This document shows positions 10,064-20,123 of a stretch of DNA of 64,000 bases, in pieces. Made by a program: the position numbers and the translations under genes. Source of the stretch: Spirochaetia bacterium (GTDB lineage: Bacteria; Spirochaetota; Spirochaetia; UBA9216); contig OY776510.1 of NCBI GenBank assembly GCA_963675665.1, forward strand, positions 4,224,001-4,288,000, written 5' to 3'. The notes under the pieces were generated by a model. It made no database searches. It saw nothing but the letters and a program-made list of their open reading frames with translations, and had not been told where the DNA came from. Position 1 is the first letter of the stretch. Each line of letters begins with the position of its first letter.

Positions 10064-12403
10064 CTATTCTATCCTCCTGATAAAGGCATCAGAATACCCG
10101 CCTGCTCTGAAATTGTAAAGCATTATGCCGCTTTCGTCCGCCGTAAGCGGCCCTAGAAGAAGTTTATAGCTGACGCCGGCCGGTGCTTCATCAGTCAGGA
10201 TTGTAACCGGATAATTAGCCTCAAGACGGCCCGCAGCTTTTAAAGCCGAGTTTTTCTCTCTGTAAGCGCCGAGCTGCAGATAGTGTTTCTGCTGCTGCAG
10301 CTTGGATACCATCATTATATGCTCAGGTGTAATCAGTTCAGGTTCCGGTGCTGTTACAGGCGGGGCCTCAACAACCGTCACCGGCTCAGATACAACAACC
10401 GGTTCAGGTTCCGGCGCAGGCTCGGGTTCCGGCTCGGGTTCGGGTTCCGGCTCTGCAACAGTTACAGTTTCAACAACAGCAGGAGCGATTTCAGTCTCAC
10501 CAGTTTCTACATCAGGGCTGTGTTCGGCAATATCAGTTTCCAGAGTCTCCGCATCCTCAGGTTCGCTCTCCATGAGGCCGGTTTCCTCTTCAACCAGTTC
10601 CGGAGGCCTTACCTCGGCAGGAACAAGTGTAACATCAAGGCTTTCATCATATTCCGGAACAGCCGGGGCGACATCAATCGCTTCCGCTTCATCATCGCCG
10701 GCCGCTTTTACAATCTCGGGAACATCCTTCATCCCCGGCATAGTACTGAAATCTTCTTCCGGGGCCGGGCTGTAGGCAAGCTCTTCACCGGTTTCAGGAA
10801 TTTCAGCAGGCTCTTTTTCGGTACTGTAATTCGGGTAATCCCTGACAGCCCCGGTAAACTCTGCTTCTTCCGGTAAAAGATATCCGTTGGCAACATCAAC
10901 AAGCTTCCCTTCGTCCTTTCCGGGAATGACGGGAAATGATTCGGCAATCAGGTCTGAACCGTCGGCAATCAATGGAAACGCCTCAAGCAAATCAACAGCC
11001 GGAGCGGAATCTTCTCCATCCATAGCGGCAACAAGTACCGGAGTATCCATATAACCGCTGCTGACTTCAATAACGGCCGGGGTCGATTCTGCTATAAACA
11101 GATGATCTCCCACCAGCATTGCAATGACCTCTTCCGGAATTTCAGGCTCGGGAACAGGCAGGCCGGTACCGGAAACAGCAGCTTCCTTTTCCGTCGGACT
11201 GTAATAATCACTGACTTCAGTTATATACTCTTCATCAGTGACTTTCTCGGCGATCTCGGGAATTATATTCAATTCGAAACTGTCTTCAGCGCTGTAGGCA
11301 GGATTTGTCTCGCCTATACCCGAAGAAACAAGTTCAAGATTTGCAGCCGGAACATCCATTTTACTGTCGCCGGTAACATCATCAGCTTCAGCCGGGTCGG
11401 CTGCTGCAATATCATCATTCATAACAACAAGTTTTTCAGCTGCTTCTGCGGCTTCGCTATCTTCCGGACTCTCACTGTCAGGCCATAACGGGCTGGTTTC
11501 AGGAGCATGGATCTCTCTGCCGGGTCCGCTTTCAATGCTGAGAGGGCTTCCTTCAGCAAGTTCATCCATTGTCAGGTAAAGTGGTTCAGGTTCCGGTTCC
11601 GGTTCAGGCTTGATGATTCCGTCCGGCCAGTCAAAGGGTTTTTCCGGAATATCCTCTGCTATGTCGGCAGGAACTTCTTCTTCTCTCACCAGGATTTCTG
11701 CTTCGCCCAATCCTTCTTCTTTCGGGGGCAGTTCCGAAAGTACAGGAAAATCGGATTCTCTTCCGTTAACCGCTTCCGGTTCTTCAACCGGTTCAGGCTC
11801 GGCAGCTGTTATCGTTGCCGGTTCGGGTTCGGGTATCGTTACTGCTTCCGGTTCCGGCTCGGGTTCGATCTCCGGCTCTGGTTCGGGTATCACTGCAGGT
11901 TCCGGTTCAACAATTGTTTCAGACACGGAAACCGCCCTCGATTCGACTATTTCCTGGTTTACAAGATCTTCAGGCTCCATAAGCGAGGCAGCAGGGTTCA
12001 GATCCGGATCAGGATTATAGGCAAGGTCATCGTATTTGGGGTCCTCAACGGTAGTGCCGCGGGAAATCATCCGTACCTTGATTCTTGCTATATCGCTCTG
12101 ATATATGCCGAGTTCCTGTGCCGCCTGGTTTGAAACAAGCATTAAAAGCCCTGAATCTGTAAGCCTGTCGACAATAATTACGCGCGTACGTTTTCCGTTT
12201 TCAAGATTTTCAACCTCAACAAAAGCATTCTGGGGAAAGGAATTGGAGGCACCGTAATATCCCGTAAACGGGAATTCTCCATACCTGCCCATTGCTGCGC
12301 TTCCTTCCCATACTTTATCTGCATATATATGGAAAACAGCTGAACTTATAAGCATTACAGCAGCTAAGAGAATTATTTTCGTTTTTTTAGAATTTCCTGA
12401 CAT
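10064..12403 (-). CDS. SPOR-domain protein with N-terminal RlpA-like DPBB domain and very long acidic Pro/Glu-rich linker
   Basis: Signal peptide; ASNSFP..VEVENLENGK..VIIVDR; PEPEPE tracts; C-term YLQLGAY..YKLLLGP..DAFIR; start ATG 12403 has AGGAG SD. Confidence 0.8.
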   Translation of the reverse strand: MSGNSKKTKIILLAAVMLISSAVFHIYADKVWEGSAAMGRYGEFPFTGYYGASNSFPQNAFVEVENLENGKRTRVIIVDRLTDSGLLMLVSNQAAQELGIYQSDIARIKVRMISRGTTVEDPKYDDLAYNPDPDLNPAASLMEPEDLVNQEIVESRAVSVSETIVEPEPAVIPEPEPEIEPEPEPEAVTIPEPEPATITAAEPEPVEEPEAVNGRESDFPVLSELPPKEEGLGEAEILVREEEVPADIAEDIPEKPFDWPDGIIKPEPEPEPEPLYLTMDELAEGSPLSIESGPGREIHAPETSPLWPDSESPEDSEAAEAAEKLVVMNDDIAAADPAEADDVTGDSKMDVPAANLELVSSGIGETNPAYSAEDSFELNIIPEIAEKVTDEEYITEVSDYYSPTEKEAAVSGTGLPVPEPEIPEEVIAMLVGDHLFIAESTPAVIEVSSGYMDTPVLVAAMDGEDSAPAVDLLEAFPLIADGSDLIAESFPVIPGKDEGKLVDVANGYLLPEEAEFTGAVRDYPNYSTEKEPAEIPETGEELAYSPAPEEDFSTMPGMKDVPEIVKAAGDDEAEAIDVAPAVPEYDESLDVTLVPAEVRPPELVEEETGLMESEPEDAETLETDIAEHSPDVETGETEIAPAVVETVTVAEPEPEPEPEPEPAPEPEPVVVSEPVTVVEAPPVTAPEPELITPEHIMMVSKLQQQKHYLQLGAYREKNSALKAAGRLEANYPVTILTDEAPAGVSYKLLLGPLTADESGIMLYNFRAGGYSDAFIRRIE

Positions 12404-12459
12404 AAAGAGACTCCTGATCATATAATCGGACGGAAACCGGGTGAAATTAATCTTTTTTG

Positions 12460-12975
12460 CTAAAACACCTGCAGTCCCGAAATCATCTTCGACGCAATTT
12501 CAATTCCGATTTCGGTAAAACTGTCGAGGAGTTCTTCTTCGCCTTTTTCTTCCGCTATCTCAAGAACAGTCTCAGTCTCCTGAAAAACTGTTTTTCCTGT
12601 ATTACTGTACATTGTGTACCTGGCCTTTACCGGAACAGGCAAATCATCGGAAAATGCCTCGGGAAAAATGATCTCCATAATCATTACTCTGTCGGCGCCC
12701 ATTCGGCTTCCCATTATCTGTGCTACATCCGCTTCATTTTCGGCATCTTTACCGGCAATGTCCCTGCATTCGTTAAGAAAGGAATTTGTTACAATATGGC
12801 CGGCATCAAAAAAAGCATCCATAACGCCGTCTTCAAATGCCCTGAGTACCGAAACCGTCCAGGCTGTCGGCTCTTCCTGATCAGTGTTATCGCTTATACA
12901 GAAAAGGACTGTGTCCGCGGCAGCTGCAGCAAGGCAGACGACCGTAAAAAATAAAATAAAAACTGTTTTCTTCAT
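12460..12975 (-). CDS. Exported hypothetical protein
   Basis: 171-aa ORF with signal peptide; GVMDAFFDAGHIVTN block. Confidence 0.7.
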   Translation of the reverse strand: MKKTVFILFFTVVCLAAAAADTVLFCISDNTDQEEPTAWTVSVLRAFEDGVMDAFFDAGHIVTNSFLNECRDIAGKDAENEADVAQIMGSRMGADRVMIMEIIFPEAFSDDLPVPVKARYTMYSNTGKTVFQETETVLEIAEEKGEEELLDSFTEIGIEIASKMISGLQVF

Positions 12976-13041
12976 GCACAGATTATCGGAAATTTGAAGT
13001 GAATCTTGAAGCTAATCAATATCCGTGATAGTTTACTTTAC

Positions 13042-14301
13042 ATGTCCAATGAACAAAATATTATAGAACAGAACAACGAAGATGAAATATCCCTGATGGA
13101 TTTGGTTTCCGTCATTGCAAAAAGATGGAAATTTATTTTCTTCAGCACCCTTATAGCAGCAGTCCTTATTTTCAGCTATTCGCTGTATACAGTGAAGGCG
13201 GCGCCGGAGGCGCCCTTTAACAAACTGCCGAATGTTTACCGCCCGCAGGTGATTGTCAGGCTCCAGGAAGCGTCAAGCTCGTCATCCACTCTCCAGAAAA
13301 TGCTGAACAGCAGCGATCTGGGCATTCTTTCCGGAATAGTATCCACATCCGGCGGAACATCCAACGCAGATCTTGCACAGGCCCTTATTAAGGGCAATAC
13401 GATCGCCGATCAGATAGCTGAAGAATTCGACTTTATAAACCGGTTTGAAATTGAAAAAAATCCGAGGACCAGCAGCAGGAGATTTTACACCGAAAATCTG
13501 CAGGTTGAATTTGAGGATGCAACCGGTTTTCTTACTGTAGGATATGAAAACATAGATCCTGTTTTTGCTACCGAGGTCGTCAACCGTTCTCTTGAGCTTC
13601 TTGAAGAGCGTTTCCGCGGACTGACCATGGACAGCATACTAACAAAAAAAACTTTTCTTGAGGAACAGCTTGCCGAACAGGAATCGGCGCTGTCCCGGGC
13701 TCAGAATACTCTTATCGACTTTCAGAAACGCTATGGCATAGTGGATATAGAAAGCCAGACTGCCGCCCAGATAAGCGAATTGACCTCAATGAACTCGTCG
13801 CTTGTACAGAAAGAGGTTGAACTGAAAGGTCTGCTTGAGAAAAGACGCCCGGAAGACCCCCAGGTACAGCGCCTGCAGAATGAAATTGCCCAGCTCAAGG
13901 AGCTGATTAAAGCCAAAACCATCGGGTTCAAAGACTATTCTTCAGATTCCGATTATATTCCGCAGAACAAACTGCCGGAACTTTCAGCAATATATGCCAA
14001 CCTGCAGAAGGAAGCGGAACTCCAGGCTACGCTGTATCTGTCGTTTAAAACCCAGTATGAATCGGTAAAGCTTGAAGAGGCTGACAACTCAAAACAATTT
14101 CAGATTATTGAGCGTGCGGAAGTTCCGGAGCTGAAGGCAAAACCGAGCCGTTCAAAAATCTGCATGATAGTGACTATTGCCGTGATGTTTTTATCAGTGT
14201 TTCTTTCATTCATTTTCGAATATTTCGACAGGGTAAGACGTGATCCGGTTGAATCAAAAAAATTGAACGAGATCAAAAAGTACCTGAGACTAAGAAAGTG
14301 A
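13042..14301 (+). CDS. Wzz/GumC-family polysaccharide chain-length regulator
   Basis: DEISLMDL, two TM segments flanking coiled coil, IIERAEVPELKAKPSR; no kinase domain. Confidence 0.88.
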   Translation: MSNEQNIIEQNNEDEISLMDLVSVIAKRWKFIFFSTLIAAVLIFSYSLYTVKAAPEAPFNKLPNVYRPQVIVRLQEASSSSSTLQKMLNSSDLGILSGIVSTSGGTSNADLAQALIKGNTIADQIAEEFDFINRFEIEKNPRTSSRRFYTENLQVEFEDATGFLTVGYENIDPVFATEVVNRSLELLEERFRGLTMDSILTKKTFLEEQLAEQESALSRAQNTLIDFQKRYGIVDIESQTAAQISELTSMNSSLVQKEVELKGLLEKRRPEDPQVQRLQNEIAQLKELIKAKTIGFKDYSSDSDYIPQNKLPELSAIYANLQKEAELQATLYLSFKTQYESVKLEEADNSKQFQIIERAEVPELKAKPSRSKICMIVTIAVMFLSVFLSFIFEYFDRVRRDPVESKKLNEIKKYLRLRK

Positions 14302-14846
14302 ATTATTACGCTGTCCAGGTCAGGACCGGCAGGGAAGAATACTTTCTGGAACTGGCCCGGCAGGCCATGCTGCGTAAGGATTTTGATGAAAAAATCTGCA
14401 ATAATCTGATCTGGCCGAGACGACGGCTTGTAGAGCGCAGGCTCGGGAAAAAACACGAAGCTGTAAAACCTCTGTATCCGGGATATATATTTTTTATAGG
14501 CGATGAAATCACCAATGATCTTCACTGGATAATCAGACGCACTCCCGGTTTTTTCCGTTTTCTGAAAGATAACAAAGATATCCAGCCACTTGTGGGAAGA
14601 GACCGCGAGATCCTGATGCATTTTCTTAAATTTGGAGAAGTAGCCGAAAGTTCAAAAGTGTACTTCAATGAAAATAATAAAATAGTTGTACTATCCGGCC
14701 CGATGGCGGGTCTTGAAGGCTTAATTGAACGTGTAGATCGCAGAAAAGGCCGCGCAAAGATAAGACTTTCAATTAAAGACAATTCTATGCTTGTAGATCT
14801 GGCCTTTGATGTTATAAAATCAGCAGAAGAAAAGAATGGAAAGTAA
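14298..14846 (+). CDS. loaP: NusG-paralogue antiterminator, LoaP-like
   Basis: YYAVQVRTGRE, PLYPGYIF, KOW VLSGPMAGLEG, DRRKGRAKI. Confidence 0.82.
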   Translation: MNYYAVQVRTGREEYFLELARQAMLRKDFDEKICNNLIWPRRRLVERRLGKKHEAVKPLYPGYIFFIGDEITNDLHWIIRRTPGFFRFLKDNKDIQPLVGRDREILMHFLKFGEVAESSKVYFNENNKIVVLSGPMAGLEGLIERVDRRKGRAKIRLSIKDNSMLVDLAFDVIKSAEEKNGK

Positions 14847-16311
14847 AAATACCAGGATTTACATTATCGGCGCCGGTTTTGCCGGTCAGGAAATTGCAAA
14901 CGACCTCAGACGCAAGGGAATTTTCGGAAAAGCCATAGGTTTTATCGATGACAATCCTGAAAAAATAGGTACCGAAATAGACGGCATCCCGGTAATGGGC
15001 CCTATATCAAAAATGAGCAGCATTCAGAAGGAGAATCCGGCTGATGAGGCAATCATTGCGATACCTGGAGCTCCGGGCGATACGCTTAAGCGTATCTATT
15101 CAATAATGAAAAATACCGATATCGGTTCGATTCGTCTTCTTCCCGGTATATCCCAGATAATCGACGGAGACGCTCACCTTATCCAGACCCGGAAAATTTC
15201 CGCTGAAGATCTTATCGGCCGGGATTCTGCCGTAATCTCCTTAAAAGAGAGTCTTAGCTATCTGAGAGGGAAACGAGTGCTTATAACCGGCGCAGGAGGC
15301 AGTATCGGCAGCGAACTGTCGCGCCAGCTTCTGTCGGGAGGCGCACAGCGGCTGTATTTGCTTGATCACGGAGAAAACAGCCTTTATGAAATCGAAGCCG
15401 AGCTCAAACTGCTTCAGGAAGAAGGCGTCGGAGAGGCGGCTACAATCGTACCGGTTGTAGGAGATTTGCAGGACCGGGAGTTCATGCACTTTATCCTTTC
15501 ACGCTTGAAAGCCGACGTTATTTTCCACTGCGCCGCCTACAAACATGTTCCCATGATGGAAATGAATCCTGTTGAAGCAATCAAGAATAACGTATTCGGC
15601 ACCCGCAACCTTGTAGATGCAGCATTACACAGCGGAGTATCAAAATTCGTACTCATCTCGACCGACAAGGCGGTAGAACCGGTCAGCATTTACGGTTCAT
15701 CAAAAATGATCGCTGAAGAAATCGTTCTTCTGGGAAATTCACCGAGCACAGAAATGCTGGTAGTCCGTTTCGGCAATGTTCTGGGCTCCCGCGGCAGTAT
15801 TGTTCCCCTGTTTCAAAAGCAAATCAGCAAAGGAGGACCCGTAACTATAACTCATCCGGAGATCAAACGATATTTCATGACAATACCCGAAGCGGCTTCG
15901 CTCGTGCTGAAAGCCGGAGGTGTCGGCCGGGGCGGCGACCTGTATCTGCTCGATATGGGTGATCCCATTAACATCCGGGATCTTGCCGAACAGATGATCA
16001 TTTTTTACGGGTTCAGGCCTGAAAAGGATATTTCCATTGAAACAATAGGGCTTAGACCCGGAGAAAAGCTTGAAGAAAAATTATGGTCCGCCGATGAAAC
16101 ACCTCTTTCAACAGAATATCCCGGTATTGTTAAACTTGTAAGGGATTCGCGCTTCGACGGTAAACTCGGCAGGCTTCTGTCGGATGTAACCGATATATGC
16201 TTCTTTAATCCCGGACAGTCCGAATATTACCGCAACCGGAGCAAACTTAGAAAAATGCTGAAAAAATATATTCCAGAACTGGAAATACCTGAGAATGAAC
16301 CTGAATACTGA
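14836..16311 (+). CDS. CapD/PglF-like NDP-sugar 4,6-dehydratase (no N-terminal TM domain)
   Basis: GAGGSIGSEL, HCAAYKHVP, ISTDKAV, RFGNVLGSRGS, GLRPGEKL. Confidence 0.93.
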   Translation: MESKNTRIYIIGAGFAGQEIANDLRRKGIFGKAIGFIDDNPEKIGTEIDGIPVMGPISKMSSIQKENPADEAIIAIPGAPGDTLKRIYSIMKNTDIGSIRLLPGISQIIDGDAHLIQTRKISAEDLIGRDSAVISLKESLSYLRGKRVLITGAGGSIGSELSRQLLSGGAQRLYLLDHGENSLYEIEAELKLLQEEGVGEAATIVPVVGDLQDREFMHFILSRLKADVIFHCAAYKHVPMMEMNPVEAIKNNVFGTRNLVDAALHSGVSKFVLISTDKAVEPVSIYGSSKMIAEEIVLLGNSPSTEMLVVRFGNVLGSRGSIVPLFQKQISKGGPVTITHPEIKRYFMTIPEAASLVLKAGGVGRGGDLYLLDMGDPINIRDLAEQMIIFYGFRPEKDISIETIGLRPGEKLEEKLWSADETPLSTEYPGIVKLVRDSRFDGKLGRLLSDVTDICFFNPGQSEYYRNRSKLRKMLKKYIPELEIPENEPEY

Positions 16312-17488
16312 TTTTATCCCGTTCGCACGGCCATCCTTTTCTGATGCTGAAAAAGAGGCAGTAATCAAAGTGCTGCAAAGCGGCTGGCTGACTACCGGTT
16401 CGGTAACAGCTGAACTTGAGAATAAAACTGCAGAAAAAGCCGGTGTCAAACATGCGCTTGCAGTAAATTCGGCAACTTCCGGGCTTCACCTGGCGCTTGA
16501 ATCGTCCGGCGTAGAGGCCGGCGATTATGTAATCACAAGCCCTTATACTTTCACGTCTACGGCTGAGGTGATCAGGTATCTGGGCGCTCATCCTTTATTT
16601 GTCGACATTGAACCCGGAGGTTACAACATTTCTCCGGAAAAGATTGTAGAAACCATGGAAAACCGTAATATGCAGGCCGAACGGGTATCTGCAATAATGC
16701 CTGTTCATGTGGCCGGACAGTTGTGCCGAAGACGGGAAATTTTTGATATAGCGGATAAATATAATCTCGCAGTGATCGAAGACGGTGCACATCTGCAGCC
16801 GGAGCCTTTACTGACAGATCTAAAAAGTATTCTTGTTTACTCCTTTTATGCAACCAAATGCATTACCACCGGCGAAGGCGGAATGGTAATAACCAACAAC
16901 GATGATGCCGCCCGCCGAATGCGAACAATGCGCTTTCACGGAATCGACAGGGAAGCCTGGGACCGCTACAGGAAAAAAGGCGCCGGGTCGTGGAATTACG
17001 ATATAATCGCGCCGGGATTTAAATACAACCTGCCTGATATTCTTTCTGCAGTAGGACTTGTACAGCTTGAACGGGCCGCCGGGATGCTTTCCCGAAGAAG
17101 GGAAATTGCCCGGATTTACGATTCAGCTTTCACGAACTGCGATTTTCTTAAAACTCCTCCTGCCGATGACAGCAGCAGCTGGCATCTGTATATTTTACGG
17201 ATTGTCCCGGAAATGCTGACGATAGATCGTGATGAATTAATAGGTATTATAAACGACAAAGGCATAGGTTTATCCGTTCATTACAAACCACTGCATATGA
17301 TGTCTTACTACAGTAAGAAGTATAATCTCTCACCCGGCGATTTCCCGGAAAGTCTGAACCGGTATAACAATTCTTTCAGTATTCCGATTTTTCCCGATTT
17401 GACTGACAGCGAGATTTCGAGGATAATTGAAACAATAATCGGGACCGGAAACCGTTTCAGGAAGAACAAAAAAAACATATCCGTGTAA
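16295..17488 (+). CDS. DegT/DnrJ/EryC1/StrS aminotransferase
   Basis: VNSATSGLHLAL, IEDGAH, SFYATKCITTGEGG, GFKYN. Confidence 0.93.
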   Translation: MNLNTDFIPFARPSFSDAEKEAVIKVLQSGWLTTGSVTAELENKTAEKAGVKHALAVNSATSGLHLALESSGVEAGDYVITSPYTFTSTAEVIRYLGAHPLFVDIEPGGYNISPEKIVETMENRNMQAERVSAIMPVHVAGQLCRRREIFDIADKYNLAVIEDGAHLQPEPLLTDLKSILVYSFYATKCITTGEGGMVITNNDDAARRMRTMRFHGIDREAWDRYRKKGAGSWNYDIIAPGFKYNLPDILSAVGLVQLERAAGMLSRRREIARIYDSAFTNCDFLKTPPADDSSSWHLYILRIVPEMLTIDRDELIGIINDKGIGLSVHYKPLHMMSYYSKKYNLSPGDFPESLNRYNNSFSIPIFPDLTDSEISRIIETIIGTGNRFRKNKKNISV

Positions 17489-17554
17489 CTTTTTTGTTAT
17501 CATGCCATTCAGGCTGCCGTGCAGCTTCGGCATATTTTTTATAGGAGTTTGCTG

Positions 17555-19651
17555 ATGCCGGAAACATATAAAAACAACCGTTTTATATGTGATTACTATA
17601 CCCTTGGAATGATTATTATCAGAATCGTACGGGCGGAAGTTCCTGAAGGGACGATAAGCGAGATTGATATTCCCGAATTGCCGGACGGCACTGATATCAT
17701 TCAGTACGGTGATATTCCTTCCGAAAAAACGCTCAGCGTATTCAACCGTTCAATGCCCCTGCTCTGCGACGGAAAAGTCAGGTATGAAGGAGAACCAATC
17801 CTGCTGCTGTACGGACCGAATGAAAAAGCCCTGGACTGGATTGTCTCCGGTATCAAAATAAAATATGAAACCGACTATACAATCTCTACGATGGAAAATT
17901 ACACGGACGATCAGATTGATCGCAAACTTGAATTTACCCGCGGTAAACCTGAACGCAATTTTGAAAAAGCATTCGTGATTGTGGAGGAAGAATACTCTAC
18001 ATCATCACAGAATCACTATGATCTTGAACCTCAGGGCGCCGCAGCCGAAATGACGGACGACGGGATAACAATAACCTCCGCCACCCAGTGGCCTTTCAAT
18101 GTCAGGGACAACGTATCAGGCTGTCTGGGAATCCCCAAAAAGAAGGTTACAGTAAATGTCCCGGCAATGGGCAAGACACACAGCGGGAAATTATGGTATG
18201 CCGGCCTTCTTGCCTGTTACGCGGCCATTGTAACCTGGAAAACCGGAAAACCGTCGATCTGTGTAATTCCCAAAACCGAATCCATACTTTATACACCCGG
18301 GCGGGCTGCTTCGGTGATAAAACATAAAACCGGGCTGGATGAGGAAGGAAAGATACTGTGCCGAAGTATCGACATCTCAATCGATTCAGGCGCCTACCCA
18401 ATGTTGTCCCAGGAGGTTATCAACAGGGTCTGTTTTTCCGCCGCCGGTGTTTACTCAGTTCCGGCCCTGAAAATCACGGCAAGAAGCCTCAAAACAAACA
18501 ACCACCCTTCCGGCGCTTTTAACGGCATGGGTTTTCACCAGAGTTTTTTTGCAGGAGAGTCACACAGCAATACTGTCGCAAAAGCGGCGGGACTCTCACC
18601 GCTGGAATGGCGGCTTAAAAATATTGCAACAAAACATATCAATCTGCCCATCGGGTGGGAAAGCCGAAAACCTATCCAGCTGAAAAAGCTGCTTGAAAGT
18701 GTTGCAGCAATGTCCGACTACCGGCGAAAACATTCGGCATACAGCCTTTCGTCGAAAATGCAGAATGATTTTTCAGGCAGAAAAAGGGGAATCGGCATTT
18801 CCGTCTGCTGCCAGGGAAACGGTTTTATGGGCAAGGTTGAAGAAAATGAAAAGTATACGGTATCGGCAAGACTGGATAAGGGCGGTGTACTGTCGATTTT
18901 TACATCAGCCGTTCCTGAAAACTTTCAGACTTCAAGCTTATGGCGTGATATCGCAGGCGGAATTCTGGAAATTAACCCTGATGACGTCAGAATTGCGACA
19001 ACCGATACTTCACTGGTTCCGGATTCGGGCCCGAGCCTGTTCTCAAGAAACATTACAATAATTACCCAGCTTATTGAAAAATGCTGCACAGCAATTAAAA
19101 AGAGTCGGTTCAGGCTGCCTCTGCCTATCGAGGTTAAGCGGAGTTACCGGCTTCCGGGAACAAACGGCTGGGATCCGGAAAGTTTCAGCGGTAATCCTTT
19201 CCCCATAGTCAGCTGGGGCGCAGCGGTTGTTGAAACAGAAACCCACCCTATTACTCTTGAGACATCCGTAAGGGGAGTATGGTTTGCCGCCGACTGCGGA
19301 AAAATTATGAATGCCGAACTGGCAAAAGCCGAGGTTGAGAGCGAAATCTACCAGGCCATTATCAGCAGCACAATGAAACCCCCGGCTTCCAAATATGCAA
19401 AGGAAGGTATTCCTCTCACTCCGGTACAGCCCGACAACAATCTGCCTGTCACTATTGAGTTCCTTGAAAGCAAAGAGACTAAACCCGGGGGGATAGGAGA
19501 ACTTCCCGACAGCCTGATTCCTGCCGCGCTGTCTGAAGCAATAGCGATGGGACTCAATATTAAACTGAACGAACTCCCTTCCACTTCCGAAAAACTGTTC
19601 CGGTTAATCGAACACCGGAAAAAAACGGAGGAATCAGAAGATGAAGATTGA
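17555..19651 (+). CDS. Xanthine dehydrogenase-family molybdopterin-binding (large) subunit, divergent
   Basis: KVRYEGEP, LEPQGA, TQWPF, DSGAY, TDTSLVPDSGP, GIGE; ATG 17555 with AGGAG SD. Confidence 0.85.
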   Translation: MPETYKNNRFICDYYTLGMIIIRIVRAEVPEGTISEIDIPELPDGTDIIQYGDIPSEKTLSVFNRSMPLLCDGKVRYEGEPILLLYGPNEKALDWIVSGIKIKYETDYTISTMENYTDDQIDRKLEFTRGKPERNFEKAFVIVEEEYSTSSQNHYDLEPQGAAAEMTDDGITITSATQWPFNVRDNVSGCLGIPKKKVTVNVPAMGKTHSGKLWYAGLLACYAAIVTWKTGKPSICVIPKTESILYTPGRAASVIKHKTGLDEEGKILCRSIDISIDSGAYPMLSQEVINRVCFSAAGVYSVPALKITARSLKTNNHPSGAFNGMGFHQSFFAGESHSNTVAKAAGLSPLEWRLKNIATKHINLPIGWESRKPIQLKKLLESVAAMSDYRRKHSAYSLSSKMQNDFSGRKRGIGISVCCQGNGFMGKVEENEKYTVSARLDKGGVLSIFTSAVPENFQTSSLWRDIAGGILEINPDDVRIATTDTSLVPDSGPSLFSRNITIITQLIEKCCTAIKKSRFRLPLPIEVKRSYRLPGTNGWDPESFSGNPFPIVSWGAAVVETETHPITLETSVRGVWFAADCGKIMNAELAKAEVESEIYQAIISSTMKPPASKYAKEGIPLTPVQPDNNLPVTIEFLESKETKPGGIGELPDSLIPAALSEAIAMGLNIKLNELPSTSEKLFRLIEHRKKTEESEDED

Positions 19652-20123
19652 TTTTTCTCTAAACGGCAACAAGGTTTCAGTCGATACCCTGCCGGAGAAA
19701 CGGCTTATAGACGTTATCAGGGAAGACTTCGGACTTATGCAAACCAAGAACGCCTGTTACTCCGGAGAGTGCGGCAGCTGTATAATCCAGCTCGAAGGCA
19801 AAGCCGTTCCTTCATGCCAGATTCCTGTTTTCAGTGTAAGAGCCAAACATGTCATAACAATTGAGGGCTTTTCAGGTACCGAAAAATATATGGACATTAT
19901 CAGCGCTTTTAATGATGTAAAATGCGTCCCCTGCCCTTTTTGTTTCGCCGGAAAGATTCTTGCCGTGGACAGCCTTATTGACAACAGGCGGTCGCCCCAG
20001 ACTTCGGAAATCATGGATCTGCTGTCGGATCATACCTGCAGTTGCACTTCAGTATCGAAATTTATTGAAGGAGTAAAAATCGCATACCAGAACAGGGAAA
20101 TCAGGGGGGAACTGCTCAGATGA
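19641..20123 (+). CDS. XDH-family (2Fe-2S)-binding small subunit
   Basis: CYSGECGSC..C and CPFC..CSC cysteine sets; ITIEG. Confidence 0.88.
   Translation: MKIDFSLNGNKVSVDTLPEKRLIDVIREDFGLMQTKNACYSGECGSCIIQLEGKAVPSCQIPVFSVRAKHVITIEGFSGTEKYMDIISAFNDVKCVPCPFCFAGKILAVDSLIDNRRSPQTSEIMDLLSDHTCSCTSVSKFIEGVKIAYQNREIRGELLR

Noticed and set aside
10283-12133. Plus-strand Gly/Ser- and Arg/Phe-rich ORFs
   Set aside because: Antisense shadows of the (PE)n tracts of the SPOR gene.
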